Shown here: in pieces, positions 52,401 to 62,400 of the stretch
Numbering within the stretch: the first letter of the stretch is position 1
Layout of the letters: each line of letters opens with the position of its first letter
From: Podarcis bocagei
Lineage: Eukaryota
Reading direction: 5' to 3' (one strand)
Assembly: GCA_964188305.1 (NCBI GenBank)
Contig: OZ076888.1
Length of the DNA stretch: 64,000 nt
Program-made: the position numbers and the translations under genes
The notes under the pieces: generated by a model
What the model saw: the letters and a program-made list of their open reading frames with translations, nothing else
Database searches by the model: none
Told to the model about the DNA's origin: nothing

Positions 52401-55400
52401 ACATTACAGTTACTACAAGTGGAAAAACCAGTTAAGTGGTTTTCAAGTTTCGAAACCACTGCTACAAACTGAATAAAAAAATAATGCTGTCTCACTTCCC
52501 ACCTCCTTAAAAACCTGGGGGTCAAATGCTAAAAAAGTAATAAATAAAAGGACTGTTCGGGCAATGGGGTGTTTTTGCTGGTCTGCCAGTAAAATAAATA
52601 TAACATACACAATGCTTGACAAGCACTCCAGTGTTGTAGTTTCAAAGAATCCCAAATAATTTGTTGGGGGGGGGGGTTGTAATTTTGAATGGCTCCAAAT
52701 TACAGAACCATGGAGTTGGGTGGTGGCTTTATATTGCTCAGTCATTAACTTCATCACAGGGAATAGCCAATAAATGTCTGTGTTACACACCCATGCTCCA
52801 ATATTGCGCTGTCTGGAAAAAATAAGGAACTTTTCTAACTGCACTTGGCAAATTATATCACCACCATAAAAAGGTAACTTGTATACTTCTTGCACAAAAT
52901 ATCTAATCGTACAAAAAGGCTCTGAAGCAGTCTTTCTCAAATTCAGTCATCCCCTAGAAAAAGTTTTGTTTTTTGAATCTGCAATGCAAATTTAACGGCA
53001 GGTTTTTGTTCAGCAATTGTGGAGAATGACTACTAGTCACTTACACTATATGTTCCTCTCTTCCATGTAGAACCAGCTATCGGGATACCTACTGAGGAAA
53101 TTCAAAAACAGTAACGGCTGGCAGAAGCTGTGGGTTGTTTTTACAAACTTCTGTTTGTTCTTCTACAAGACGCACCAGGTAAGATGGATGTGGCACAACT
53201 TCAAGATGGTGTTAGGCATACATAGGAATGAGATGCAATATGCCTTGTGAATCCATTCCTAAAGGCTTTCTTCATTCTTTGGTACATTTTGTGAGTGTTG
53301 CTGCTGTCAGCAACGAGTTGAATGCTCCAGCGCAGCTTCAGCCAGTAGTCATTGGCACATCTTTCTGGCAATTCACTAGGCATCGCCAGATCACAGTAAA
53401 CTAAAATTGATTGTAATATGAATGGCATGTCTGGTGCTCTTTAAAAACACCTAGTTGGAGAAAATTGCAGACAGGGTTCCCAATTATGGCTTTAGTTATG
53501 CTTTCCAGCCGGCATACAATACCTAGAACTTGGGAGAGCTAGTTCTCTCTGACTGGTATATTTGTGCTGGCTGGGAACCGAGGGTTTTTGTTTTTACTTG
53601 TAACTTCATGTATTAACTCAGTGGTACATGGTGGGTTTTAGTACAGGCAATGAACATTTTGTGCAGGCGTTCCATTCCTGACCCCTGCGTCTATGGGCGG
53701 AGCGCACAAAAGCCTGCTCTGCCTCCATTCTGCTCTCTTCTGGCTCTGAAAGGACCTGTGTGTCAGTGGTCACGTGGCAATTGGGCGCATGCGGAATGGT
53801 TGCTGCCTGTATTTTCTTTGTAAACTGCCCTGAAAACGGTGGTTGAAGAGTGGAATGGACATCTGTTAAATAAAGAATAAAACTTGGCTGTTTTTTCAGG
53901 ATGATTATCCATTGGCCAGTTTACCACTTCTTGGTTACACTGTCAGCACACCCGTAGAGGCCGATGGCATTCAGAAGGATTATGTCTTCAAACTGCAGTT
54001 CAAGTCCCATGTATATTTCTTCAGGGCTGAGAGCAAGTACACCTTTGAGAGGTAAGTGTGCTTCCTAGACATAATTTGCAAAACTAATTCGTTAATGTTC
54101 TCTACTAACTCTCCTGGTAATGAGTTGAGGAAACTGCTGGAATTTCACACAGAAGTCATGCTTTCTGTGGCCTTGCCTATATTAATGAATGAGATAACTT
54201 TTGGTGGGTTCTGCTAACTTCAAAATCTGTCAGTGAAAGAACTCTGTGCAAAAGTAGCTCAGATTGAAGTTGTACATATATGGAAGTTTGCACATCACCT
54301 GAGAAATCCTCTCTCTCTCTCTCTCTCCACCCACCTGGAGCAGGTGGTAGAGAAGTGAAGGCCTAAAACTATATATATGGAAAAGCATCCCCCCCAAGGC
54401 CTTTCCCATTTTTCCAGTAAGGGGAGGACTATTTACAGCATTAGGAAATTGCAATTCCTCTATATTGTAAATATGTACAATTCAGATCCATTTCTGTTTG
54501 GCTAAAGAGATACTCTGGCTGTGTTCACACATACCATATGGTTTAGTGGAATAAGCCTGAGTGAAGCCTTGTTTTACCAGTTCTTACTGATAAAAGTTTT
54601 TGTTTGTTTTTTTATAAATTTTATTTATATCCCGCCCTCCCCAGCCAAAGCCGAGCTCAGGGCGGCTAACAACAACAAAACTTGTTGATGACTGAGACGT
54701 TGTGTGTGGTTGCAGGCAACGTGCACTGCGATCAGTGATGGGACCAGTCTAGGCTTTACAATAAAGATTCTTTAGGAAGATGTGCTTAATGTCCCAAACT
54801 TGATGGTCATTCTCCATAAAGATACAACTGTGCAAAATCACTAATGAATAGCACCACTGACTCTACTGAGTCTTCACCATCTGGGCTGGGTGAGACAGTA
54901 AAACTGCTCATTGGCAGCAGGAAAACCAGGAGGAATTTTTTTAAAAATTAAAATTTAACTTGGGGAGACCCTTCCTTTTGAGTTTCTGTGCTCTTCATAA
55001 AAGTGATTTGGTGTGCATATTGTACTCATCTAGGCAGTGGAAAAGAGGGGCATTAACTGCCAGTCCCCTTCCTTGTGGGTTAGGACTCCCTTCTATAACT
55101 CTCCCTTTGCACTATAGTAACAAACCTAGCATAATTGTACAGACCTTTGTTCAAATTATCAGGTTACTGTTGTGATACTGTGGCTCCTTCTTTACAGTAA
55201 GTTAACTTTTAAGTGTTAGTCTGAGTGTTAATCTTACTAAAATCCTCTGCAAAATGGAAAGCGAAATATTAATATTCCTACTAAAAACTATTATGTAGCA
55301 CATTCAAAGAATGATAGTGAGTAGGTAACGAACTAGGGCCATGACAGTTGACTTTTTTTCTCTCGTCAGGTGGATGGAAGTAATAAAGAGAGCCACAAGT

Positions 55401-55460
55401 TCTCCAGGGAGATCCAGCCTCTGCCTTCCTAAAGATGAAAAGGAAAAGAACACAAACTGA
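12149..55460 (+). CDS. FARP2: FARP2 gene span (FERM, ARHGEF and pleckstrin domain protein 2), spliced CDS, 5'-partial (ATG exon upstream of window)
   Basis: 25 GT-AG exons join in one frame with matching phases. Translation matches FARP2 ([61 protein letters not shown]). Adjacent to STK25 as in mammals. Confidence 0.97.
13270..13540 (-). mobile_element. Degraded L2-type LINE reverse transcriptase fragment
   Basis: QSGFRPG RT motif in - strand ORF 13310-13540. Confidence 0.6.
14155..14197 (+). CDS. FARP2: FARP2 exon 4
   Basis: ttcag|..|gtaagt, 43 nt, [14 protein letters not shown]. Confidence 0.95.
15455..15533 (+). CDS. FARP2: FARP2 exon 5
   Basis: tttag|..|gtaaac, 79 nt, [25 protein letters not shown]. 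Confidence 0.95.
17012..17109 (+). CDS. FARP2: FARP2 exon 6
   Basis: tttag|..|gttagt, 98 nt, [32 protein letters not shown]. Confidence 0.95.
17885..17999 (+). CDS. FARP2: FARP2 exon 7
   Basis: cacag|..|gtaagt, 115 nt, [37 protein letters not shown]. Confidence 0.95.
20435..20640. mobile_element. Palindromic MITE-like repeat
   Basis: Internal inverted repeat CCAAAGAATCCTGGG/CCCAGGATTCTTTGG with imperfect terminal IRs. Confidence 0.6.
21245..21392 (+). CDS. FARP2: FARP2 exon 8
   Basis: cacag|..|gtagga, 148 nt, [49 protein letters not shown]. Confidence 0.95.
22076..22171 (+). CDS. FARP2: FARP2 exon 9 (FERM C-lobe)
   Basis: cacag|..|gtaagt, 96 nt, [32 protein letters not shown]. Confidence 0.95.
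23216..23379 (+). CDS. FARP2: FARP2 exon 10 (FERM C / FA)
   Basis: tctag|..|gtatga, 164 nt, [54 protein letters not shown]. Confidence 0.96.
23555..23623 (+). CDS. FARP2: FARP2 exon 11 (FERM-adjacent)
   Basis: cacag|..|gtaaca, 69 nt, [22 protein letters not shown]. Confidence 0.95.
24552..24609 (+). CDS. FARP2: FARP2 exon 12
   Basis: tacag|..|gttagt, 58 nt, [19 protein letters not shown]. Confidence 0.92.
25938..26190 (+). CDS. FARP2: FARP2 exon 13 (spliced form; donor position uncertain)
   Basis: ctcag| acceptor; [23 protein letters not shown] aligns in length with recalled human SISFPEGLRT..QPLGPPALQPGPG. Phase-1 donor AAG|GTGTTG is weak and stronger in-phase donors lie downstream. Confidence 0.8.
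25938..27161 (+). CDS. FARP2: FARP2 exon 13 long form: putative alternative terminal exon, 407 codons plus stop, acidic/Ser-rich tail
   Basis: Frame stays open 971 nt past the 26190 donor to TAA at 27159-27161. Not repeat-like; protein-like internal motifs. Confidence 0.7.
   Translation, partial: SASFTDGLRTSGPNACTYASFHSDNALATNIASLPTFTESKPLFLEPRISHTRSLAAEANSGTSEETGKKVIQQPGSPVLQSFQGVGLCHVAENCTPTCTDVESSCGLGVVVEGRITCKNDNYVDDFTTGMAIAAKQHLPQGRGASLVKLVSSQLQVSEEFIDDDPAEMSFFAGGSEAFSYLYDGLDLQESDLTNCLSESPALTKEILQRNMMSSQSSPDRCSIEAVDMNMDHEFEFEGESDFNGNEQPSDTSELFEVKAQASRMQSLLSPSETSSLINNRSESSSLNNLTLNGMPFLHTYSSANHSEASSMVNFPAYSVRSESSSAFQFTDIIDQLEQLSYPPTTTEDSSSTDDSWDSETAAPLDINLFFNNPFAEATRENFTLDFQNNLKNLTQEDKTEDTHTSH
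27621..27742. mobile_element. Short hAT (MER5-like) MITE
   Basis: CAGGGATAGGGAACCTGTGG..CCACAGGTTCCCCACCCCTG; 6/8 TSD. Confidence 0.75.
31558..31563 (+). terminator. Candidate intronic poly(A) signal for the short FARP2 isoform
   Basis: TGTA at 31533-31536, AATAAA, then U-rich downstream; alternatives at 27971, 29065, 29383, 34381. Confidence 0.4.
34597..35074 (-). mobile_element. L2 LINE 3' end with (ATT)n tail
   Basis: - strand [42 protein letters not shown] is L2 ORF2 C-terminus; (AAT)n at 34597-34631. Confidence 0.88.
35878..35920. repeat. (GA)n/(GAAA)n microsatellite
   Basis: direct reading. Confidence 0.9.
37902..38065 (+). CDS. FARP2: FARP2 exon 14
   Basis: cttag|..|gtaagg, 164 nt, phase 1 to 0, ..[39 protein letters not shown]. 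Confidence 0.92.
39696..39785 (+). CDS. FARP2: FARP2 exon 15 (DH start)
   Basis: ttcag|..|gtaagt, 90 nt, [30 protein letters not shown]. Confidence 0.95.
40111..40244 (+). CDS. FARP2: FARP2 exon 16 (DH)
   Basis: tgcag|..|gtaagt, 134 nt, [44 protein letters not shown]. Confidence 0.96.
40636..40717 (+). CDS. FARP2: FARP2 exon 17 (DH)
   Basis: tgcag|..|gtagaa, 82 nt, [27 protein letters not shown]. Confidence 0.94.
41146..41383 (+). CDS. FARP2: FARP2 exon 18 (DH)
   Basis: tacag|..|gtgagt, 238 nt, [44 protein letters not shown]. Confidence 0.96.
41493..41743. mobile_element. Tc1/mariner (Tigger/pogo-like) MITE
   Basis: TA|CAGTCGTAGCTTGG..CCGAGGTACCACTG|TA. Confidence 0.8.
41908..42122. mobile_element. 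Tc1/mariner (Tigger/pogo-like) MITE
   Basis: TA|CAGTGGTACCTC..GAGGTACCACTG|TA; internal CAGGTTAAGAAC repeats. Confidence 0.88.
42283..42530 (+). mobile_element. tRNA-derived SINE (Squam3-like)
   Basis: A box TGGTGTAGTGG, B-box-like GGTTCGCGTC, (TCT)n tail. Confidence 0.78.
43087..43151. repeat. (AAT)n microsatellite
   Basis: direct reading; abuts a CR1 tail. Confidence 0.95.
43152..43360 (-). mobile_element. CR1 LINE 3' end
   Basis: (CATAGAAT)n tail and typical CR1 3' terminal sequence. Confidence 0.88.
44155..44285 (+). CDS. FARP2: FARP2 exon 19 (DH end)
   Basis: tgcag|..|gtaggt, 131 nt, [43 protein letters not shown]. Confidence 0.95.
44602..45196. mobile_element. Tc1/mariner (pogo-like) MITE with internal GC-rich 89-bp hairpin repeats
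   Basis: TA|CCGTATTTT..AAAATACGG|TA; subterminal ATAGGACGCAC/GTGCGTCTTAT. Confidence 0.88.
46424..46463. repeat. (TG)n microsatellite
   Basis: direct reading. Confidence 0.95.
46728..46796 (+). CDS. FARP2: FARP2 exon 20 (PH1)
   Basis: cacag|..|gtgagc, 69 nt, [23 protein letters not shown]. Confidence 0.95.
47130..47485 (+). mobile_element. Two adjacent CR1 3'-end fragments
   Basis: GCAGAGGTTGGATGGCCATCTG..GGACTAGATGACC..CCCTTCCAACTC then degraded tail; second piece is the reverse of the 4891 family. Confidence 0.72.
48365..48454 (+). CDS. FARP2: FARP2 exon 21 (PH1)
   Basis: ctcag|..|gtgagt, 90 nt, [30 protein letters not shown]. Confidence 0.95.
48822..48842 (+). CDS. FARP2: Putative 21-nt alternative microexon (LIVLDPP) in PH1
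   Basis: ttgattttcag|CTGATAGTCCTCGATCCTCCG|gtgagt; phase 0/0 matching its intron; no stop. Confidence 0.6.
49049..49131 (+). CDS. FARP2: FARP2 exon 22 (PH1)
   Basis: tgtag|..|gtaagc, 83 nt, [27 protein letters not shown]. Confidence 0.95.
49646..49764 (+). CDS. FARP2: FARP2 exon 23
   Basis: ttcag|..|gtgagt, 119 nt, [39 protein letters not shown]. Confidence 0.94.
50437..50600 (+). CDS. FARP2: FARP2 exon 24 (24a, inter-PH linker)
   Basis: ctcag|..|gtaccc, 164 nt, [41 protein letters not shown]. Confidence 0.95.
51213..51325 (+). CDS. FARP2: Putative mutually exclusive duplicate exon 24b
   Basis: Long pyrimidine tract, ctccag|..|gtaaag, 113 nt, phase 1 to 0 like 24a; [37 protein letters not shown]. 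Confidence 0.8.
52219..52461. mobile_element. Degraded hAT/Charlie-like MITE
   Basis: CAGGAGTTCCTAAACT..AGTTTCGAAACCACTG termini. Confidence 0.55.
53071..53178 (+). CDS. FARP2: FARP2 exon 25 (PH2)
   Basis: tgtag|..|gtaaga, 108 nt, [36 protein letters not shown]. Confidence 0.96.
53900..54051 (+). CDS. FARP2: FARP2 exon 26 (PH2)
   Basis: ttcag|..|gtaagt, 152 nt, [50 protein letters not shown]. Confidence 0.96.
55370..55460 (+). CDS. FARP2: FARP2 last exon, coding part
   Basis: gtcag| [29 protein letters not shown] then TGA at 55458-55460. Confidence 0.94.
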
Positions 55461-57026
55461 TAAAAGCAGAGCTGGGTCTCTGTTGTAAGTTAATTATTTG
55501 CAGTATGGGGGAAAGGAGCCTGAGCATGATAGTAGTAAAAGGAACCCATCTGCTCCCTCCTGTGGCCAAGTTAGCTGCCTCGTGGAAGATGGTGAATTTT
55601 GCTAGTATAGAAAGCTCTATCATCCAAAGGGACTGCAAAGACTCTGGGGAATTCAGTTCATGAAAAAAATGTGGCTGCTGGATTTACATGACTTGCTTCT
55701 TTTGTTGGGGTTTGGCCAATGTTAGTTCTCTGGCTTTCAAGTGGTTTTCTATTATTTGTTAATGCTCAGTCTCAACTAAATAATCTGTGTGCAACTTGTT
55801 CTTTCAGCCTACCAGCCATACATGCCTCACATACAGCAAGCAATGTTCACATTAATGTTAAGATGGAATTTCTCCTCACGGTAGAGCGGAGTGCTTCAGA
55901 AAATTGCCAGGAAGCAACTTCACCCTTGTTAGTTTTTATTTGGGTAGTGGGCATGAGAAAAGAGGATTCCACATTCAGTTTGAAGGGGTAGAAAAGTATA
56001 CAGAAGATACTGAAGTATGCAAAGATGAGGATAGCGGATATTTTAGTGTGTCTGTACCGCTGCAGATAATGTTCTGAGTTCTCTTTCTGTTCTGGGCTTG
56101 AGAGTGGTGCTTGTTATGTTTTGGCTAAGTTCTTTTAAAAGTTATATGTATACAGAGAGTTGGAAAGGAAAGGCAGCTTCAGCAATAACCAGTCCCTGTT
56201 TTTATTACCTCAGCCAAAACATCTATTGTAACAGATGTCCAATAAGCACGCATGTGCAGCAGTAATAAAAGCCTAGTAGTGTTTGGGGGGTGACTGTTAA
56301 AGGGTTTATTCCTTCATTAATGACACACCTCTACTCCTTAGATCCTTTAACAGTGACAGGCCAGGGTGGGGGGAATACTCAGGGACTTAGTATGAGAACT
56401 GGTGCAGACATATCTTTAAAAGTGCATATTCAGGAATTAAGGCAGATCAGTTGAAACAAGTACTGCACAATGGCAAGATAATTGAAACCCCCCCCCCTTT
56501 CTCTATAGTGCTATTGTCCCGAGATCATGGAGGCAGAGCCTACGCGTTTTATTTTTTAAGTTCATATATTTCTTTCATGGGACAGATAAGGTTTATCACG
56601 TTACCCTTGGATAGTAGTAGAAAGTAGTCTGCTGGTTTGAAGGCGGTCTTTACTTGTCACGTTATACTGTGTTGAGCAACAATGTGGTGATGGGTAGTAT
56701 GCTTTAGAAGAAACTGAGGTAAAAAAAATATATATTGAACACTGCATTTTGAAGTATGGGCAATTAAAGGAGGGGCAGGACATGGGAAAAATACAGATGT
56801 CTTTATTACTCCTCATATTGACCCTTAAAACTATGTAGGTCAGTCTTTTAGGTAGAAGGTTGGGGTTGGTTTCCCACTTAGAGGGCAAAGGGAAGGTTTG
56901 TTACGTTTTTTTGTTTGACATTGTCATTTATAAGGAAGCTACAAAGTGCTAAATATTCTTCTCTACTATTATGGCCATTCAATATACATTAATGTATTTT
57001 TTTATTTATTAGTGTCTGTTTTTGGA

Positions 57027-57032
57027 AATAAA
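57027..57032 (+). terminator. Probable FARP2 polyadenylation signal (3' UTR about 1.6 kb)
   Basis: AATAAA after a U-rich stretch with TGTA; another AATAAA at 56264-56269. Confidence 0.55.
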
Positions 57033-57254
57033 CTATTGTAGATCTCTAGATGGCTCACAAGCAGTTTGTCATAACCTAATTCTTACTCCGTTCAGAATTT
57101 TCAATATAAAAATTACTCCTGTATCAGTAGTGCCCACATTCTCATTTCAAATGCATAGTTTTCCCTATTTTATTAACTTAAGACCTCTAGTGAGCTGTGG
57201 CTAGCCTACAACTGAATCCTGATCAAGGCTTAACCAAAATTGCCCACAACAAAA

Positions 57255-57580
57255 AACACAACGGAGAGTTGAAGGGGGCCTTGTGGACAATCTGTTTCAA
57301 GCCCCTGCTTGTCGTAAGAAATCCTACAGCCTTCACAACAGATGGCTGTACAGCATCTGCTAGAAGAGCTCCAGGGAAGGGAGAGTCTACCACGCCCCTA
57401 GGTAAATAATTTTACTGTTGAATTGCTGTTACGTTCAAGGTGTTTCAGCTAATGGTCAACTGAAAGCTCCCCTCAGATGAAATTTAGTCCTGTCCTTTGG
57501 GGCACCTTTTCCTTCCCTGCAGGTATCTTCTCCAGGTTAAACTTACCCATTTTTTTCAATCTTAGCTCCCCAGCCCCCAC
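57255..57580 (-). mobile_element. Old CR1 3' fragment between the two poly(A) sites
   Basis: GAGTTGAAGGGGGCCTT..AGAGTCTACCAC resembles the CR1 at 43152. Confidence 0.6.
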
Positions 57581-57821
57581 CACCAAAAAAACCTGCTCTG
57601 CTTTATCTTACTGCAGTGCCTAAAACTCTCCCAACCAGTGTGTGGCTAGATGCACTCTAGCAAAACAACCCCTAACAACCCAGTAGCACAACTGAAATCC
57701 CACACTGCATTAGATCAGACGGAAAATAGTCCTTACTCCCCTGGAGTAACTCCAGTCCAGCTTTGGAGTTTCTAGCAATGCATAAATAACCATATAGTCA
57801 GCATTTACTTGACAAGTTAGT

Positions 57822-57827
57822 TTTATT
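57822..57827 (-). terminator. Probable STK25 polyadenylation signal
   Basis: AATAAA on - strand about 1.6 kb after the stop; second copy at 57918-57923. Confidence 0.5.
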
Positions 57828-59456
57828 GAAAGTGGCAGATCCCTCTCACTGCTCATTTGAAAAACTAAGACATTGTTGTTTTGAATACTAGAGACACTGT
57901 GAGAGCTTTACTGGTGATTTATTGTGAGTTAAATGCAAGGTACCTTTTATGAACAGCACAAAGTAGCAGCTTCACAGCTTCCTGTTTTCCTTTCTACATC
58001 ATTCCCATATGTTTCGTAAGCAGTCCTGGAGGATAATGGTAAAGGAAAATGGATTCTTCATATTCCTGCCCATGTTCTCAACTCAGCTATCCATGAGCAA
58101 AACTGAGAATGCAGCAACTGCAGCTCTGAAGACACGGTTCTAGCATAAAGTATGAATACCAAGAAAAGAGCATTTCCATTACTTTCCCCCTAACATTACT
58201 TGCAAGGGTATGTAGAAAAGGCAATTCCATCTCCACCCCTGAACTCTATCAAAAGAATAGATCCATACCACTGTCAGTGACTAAATGGTTTTACACATTT
58301 AGGAAGTGACTCTTTTCAATATGACTACTGCCAATTTGTGTGACTACTCTAGACCTTCATTTCTTGAAGAGGAAGAACTAGTTGGAAGTCTGAAATACTT
58401 ATGGTATTTATAGGCCACTTCTCAGCCAGAACCAGAGATAATAGCCATAAATAAATTGGGCAGAAGTACTGTTCAAGTCCACAATAGAATGAACAGTTCA
58501 GAAGAGACAGGATAAGTTTTAGAAACATCACCTAGAACTTCCTCCAGCTGTTGGCACCACACATGTATTTAAATTTAACTGAATTGCAGTCACATTTCAG
58601 AGAACAGCAAACTTCCATGAAGTTTGAAGACTTATATACCACAATCCTTTTACACTGTAGGTGTAGTTAAGCATTTAGCTTCTCTCCCTCTTTAGCAAGT
58701 TCATAATACTCTTGATAAACTATTTGAATTGGATATGAATGTATCCATGATACTGAGTGTTCACACTCAAAGATAATAAGTAGCAGCAAAAGGCCTTGAT
58801 TGAGTAGGAACACATCTTTTCCAAGCTGTTGCTGGTGAAACGTGGGCTAAGTGCAGAATGCAAGCAGCAGTCAAATCTACCTCACAAAAGGAGCAAGTAG
58901 AAAGACAGGAGAAGGAGAAGGCAAGCTTCACCTGTCTCAGCAACTGTTAGGCCAATCTTCTTGTTCTAATAGTTGAGAAACTCTTAAACAAAAATCTTGT
59001 TGAGTAGCACCAGCATATGCCCACCTAACTGGGTAGTGATAATCCCTCCTTGCTGATGAACAATGTTCACACATACCTCTTGCCAAAGCAGGGAGCTACA
59101 CAGTCTCACCTTTTCCCTTTTGGAATGTGTTTATCTGAATTTCCATTTTCCAGCAGTCAGGATTTTGCTTTGAAACAAGGTCTGACCTGAGAGAAATTGG
59201 GATATAATTAAAAACCTCCATGAAGTACACTGTAGAAATTACCCTCCTAGGGCTCTGCAAAGTAGTCCATGTTCATTTGTGTTGTAAATCCCATCCAGGG
59301 TGGTCATGAAACACACACAAAGGCTCTGAAATGTCTGGGAATCCATAGCACAATGTTAACATCCAACAGCAGATGGCGATGGATTCAATATGCAGTTCTT
59401 ATGGAGCTGGGGTGGGAAAAGTCACCCTCCTTTCAATGAGTAACAAAGATGATGCC

Positions 59457-59496
59457 TCAGCGTGCTGAAGTCAGGTGGTTCCTGCTGTGTGAGAAC
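59457..59496 (-). CDS. STK25: STK25 last exon, coding part
   Basis: ctcag| [12 protein letters not shown] then TGA. Confidence 0.94.
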
Positions 59497-62400
59497 CTGA
59501 GGGAGAGAGAACGAACAACGGATATGCTTCAGGCTTATTCATAGTAAATTCTTGCTGTCAGCCTCACACCAACTTTCTTCAAATTCAAGCATAAACAAGG
59601 AATAGCAACCGTGTCAAAAACTCATCTGTCCTAATTTAAAAGGCAGGTGGTGCGGATGTTTGCCCCAGGCCATGTACTAACAAATTAATTGGCCCAGAAT
59701 AACTGTATTTTGAGGGTTAAGTTTTCATTGTACAGGCAACCCTCAATTTGCGTGGGGATTGTGTTCCAGGTCATGGCATGCGATGGTGGAGCATGCATAA
59801 GCCCGGCCCCTTTTCCAGTCACTTTCGGGTCGCTGTGTTGCACACATCAATTGGACACATGTAAATCAGTCGTTGCCTGTATTCTGTTTCTGTAGTTGTA
59901 ACCTACCCTGGGACCTTATGGTGAAGGACAGTAGCAAAATACAGTTGTTAATAATAATAATAATTTAGATTTCATCATTCCACACAACCACCAATCAAAG
60001 GACCAGCATGCTAGACAGTTGCCTAGGGCAGAGTATGTTGTCCTAAGCAAACAGCTATATCTTGGGCCCAAACTAAGAACAGCAGCACTAGAGAAAGGTG
60101 TACAGGGGCAAGGTGTAGGATTGGCTTCTCTTACTCCTTCTAGCCCATATCCTCACGTTAACAACGCTCAGAACTTTTACCTTTGCACTCGCTCTACCAT
60201 GTGTGCAATTAGTTTGTCAGAGATTCCTGGACAAGACTCCTCAGCTAAGCTAAAGGCATTCTCCAGTTCCTCCATGGCGCCCACGTTGCCTCCAGTGTGC
60301 TTGTGCTTGTCTTTGAGCTGCCAAGACATTAGAGGAAAGCAAAATGTTTGGAACAAGAGAAAGCTCTAAGTAGCAGCACAAAATCCTTAATGCCAATTTT
60401 CATAGGAGGCAAAAACATTTGCTGTATAAAGAAGTACAATAGGCATCTCTAGAATATGGGCCAGTTCCACAGCCCCTATGGCCGTAGTAGTACAGGGGTG
60501 GAGAACCTCTTTCATGCCAAGGGCTGAATTCTAACTTTGGAGGTTGCATTCCATAGGTGGGAGGGGCCTGAGGCAGAAATGGGAATAAACAGAAATAACC
60601 TCTCACACAAACAGCCTTTTCCCTATCGGAGCATAGGTCTGATTCCCCAAAACACATACAACCACCCATCACAGAAATCTTTTAGACAAGGCTAAGTGGA
60701 CACACAAAGTTGCAACTTAGCTCCTGTAGGAGGGAAACTCAGAAAGGTGCCTAAGACAGTTTCGGTTAGCATGCTATTGCTGACGGCTGGTAATGGTGCC
60801 AAATTTAAACAGTACTTTGAACAAGCAGAATACAGAATTAATCAGCTGCAGCTACAGCAATGTTGCCTAGCTGTAAAAATTGCCTAAAGCTACAGTAAGT
60901 GACAAACTCAAGTGACACATAATGATTCGGAGCTGGACGAGGCTCACTGGAGCGGGCCACTGCTGTAATAACTAAGCACACTAGATATCAGGAAACTTGC
61001 ACCCTGTTCCTAAAGCCATATATATGGAACTAAATCTCCCCAACAGCCTTGTGGCTGTTGGGGAGAGTATGCAATCAACCACCCAACACTATACTGCACC
61101 CAGATGCTTCACTCACTATGTGATGCCCAGTGTCCCTGGGAAGCTTGCAACTCCAGCTAAACAACACATTGCTTTCTTAATACATGCAGCTACATAATTG
61201 CTGACCCAATTTTACCAAATTTAGACCAGAAAGCCAGAGGACAACTCTATCCATTGTGGATATAGCAATGTGTCTATGTTTTGCAGTCGTGTCCTTCTTT
61301 AGAGTACTCTGGCCCTGTGTACATATTACTTCCTGTCTGATCCCTACTCACTGTACCATATATTGTTCTCTTATACCACCTAACATGTGTCTGGTTCAAT
61401 AACTCTCCCCTTCATCAGCTGTGCAAATTAAGTGGCTTTGAGCTGTCCTCACAGATCCTGGCTCATAATCCAGGGATCAACCTCTTTTGCAGAGTTCAAG
61501 CTGCCTCCCACATCATAAGGATGCAGAACAGGGCAAAAGATTACCGGTAATTCTAATAATCACCATACAAGTGTGAAAGGTCTCATTTCTTACCATCACT
61601 TGGTTGTCAGCTCCTACTCATTATTCTAACCCAACATCCTCAGAGAAACACTTCATATGTTACAGATAATAATTGGGAAAAATTCAGACCCTGCCACCTC
61701 ACCTCTCCGAAGACAGGACGTACAAGAGTAGAGAGACACTGAGACCGTGGTTGCCGTTTGATAGGCTCAGCAGGCTAATAGGAGGAGGGAGAAGAAGGAT
61801 GCTGTTCAATATGACTCTGAACAGTTCTTTCAACCTGTCTATGAAAATGCTTTGCTTTGACAAGCAGCATTAATCTACCATCACCAGCAGGAACAGTAAA
61901 GAACAAAGTAGATATAGCATCCGTTAAGAATCTTCCAGTTTGTGCTGCTGCTCCTACATGGTCCCTAGGAGAAGCCTAAGGCAGATAAATGGCACAGGCA
62001 GGAGTAGCAACCTGTATGCAAAGCGTATGGCGTTACACCATTTTGCAGCAGCAACTAACAGCAGGATTACTATTCGTAGCAAACTTCCTTTATCAGGGAT
62101 GGGGAACCTCCAGCCCATGGGCCAAATTTGGCCTGCTACATGTCCCGATGTGTCTTAACAATGCCATTTTCCTCAAACCATGCCCAGCTGCCCCATGCCT
62201 GACATCAGATGTGACTTCAGGTGTGGGGCAGGTAGAAGCACAGCTTGGGTGGGGAACTCAATCACACAGCCAATCTCTACAGAAAGCAGCTTTGCCAACC
62301 GTATTTCTTGCAATTTCCCTATGCTTGGCACTTGGCAGGTGGCAAAGCTTTGTGCATTACAGTTCCCAAGCACCTAGAAACCAGATGGTTACTGGGTGGT

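Noticed and set aside
52443-52940. 165-aa antisense ORF
   Set aside because: Non-ATG start, intronic, overlaps repeat remnants, no recognisable domain.
12149-55460. Assignment as FARP1 or FRMD7
   Set aside because: Diagnostic residues ([30 protein letters not shown]), the DH-PH-PH module and STK25 adjacency indicate FARP2.
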